From positions 1 through 14,570 of the forward strand of contig JBFMCE010000096.1 of assembly GCA_040754655.1 (NCBI GenBank): a DNA stretch of 14,570 nt, given 5' to 3'. This DNA comes from Bdellovibrionota bacterium. GTDB lineage: Bacteria > Bdellovibrionota > UBA1018 > UBA923. Positions 14,468 through 14,570 of this stretch are shown here, one piece after another. Every line of letters begins with the position of its first letter. Positions within the stretch are counted from its first letter, which is position 1. The notes under the pieces are model-generated. The model did no database searches. It was not told where the DNA came from and saw only the letters and a list, made by a program, of their open reading frames with translations. A program made the translations under genes and the position numbers.

Positions 14468-14570
14468 ATCCGTGATCCGTGATCCGTGATCCGTGATCCG
14501 TGATCCGTGATCCGTGATCCGTGATCCGTGATCCGTGATCCGTGATCCGTGATCCGTGATCCGTGATCCG
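14468..14570. repeat. Perfect heptamer tandem repeat (ATCCGTG)n, at least 14.7 copies, running off the window end
   Basis: Directly visible over 103 bp, and preceded by degenerate units (CCG cores at 14444, 14457 and 14463). Confidence 0.98.

Noticed and set aside
13319..14569. Long antisense open frame opposite the acyl-CoA dehydrogenase (ORF-track 13319..14389), which actually stays open through the repeat to the window end
   Set aside because: It is the codon-aligned shadow of a highly conserved gene, has no recognisable motifs, and the repeat has no stops on that strand by composition.
14364..14570. Possible CRISPR array
   Set aside because: The unit is 7 bp with no unique spacers, and there are no cas genes in the window.

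Overview
This is a gene-dense bacterial window of moderate GC (roughly 50% by eye) with 13 CDS and no RNA gene, mobile element or CRISPR array that I can support. The many exported proteins and lipoproteins, the candidate sigma54 promoters and the ACAD9-like gene suggest a Bdellovibrionota/Oligoflexia-like or other deltaproteobacterial-type organism; this is inference only. In order: a 5'-truncated, highly charged protein (receiver-like end, long disordered linker, Trp-motif modules, GAF-like C-terminus); a coupled minus-strand operon (thioredoxin, small DUF6952-like protein, YdjM-like membrane hydrolase); a perfect 18-bp hairpin; two divergent lipoproteins (metzincin peptidase and CAP-domain protein) with back-to-back sigma54 promoters and two candidate enhancer palindromes; an acidic hypothetical protein; an atypical uracil-DNA glycosylase-like protein; an orphan OppA-like peptide-binding protein; a small GGEEF diguanylate cyclase; a lipoprotein prolyl oligopeptidase; a secreted Cys-repeat protein; an acyl-CoA dehydrogenase; and an inverted heptamer-repeat structure that ends in a perfect (ATCCGTG)n array at the window edge. 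The most striking candidates are the catalytically intact, I-site-less diguanylate cyclase with an apparent signal peptide, the divergent sigma54/enhancer cassette, the receiver-linker-GAF protein with a repeated W-x-F-x-G-x-x-P motif, and the inverted heptamer repeat. All calls come from reading motifs by eye; no database search was run.
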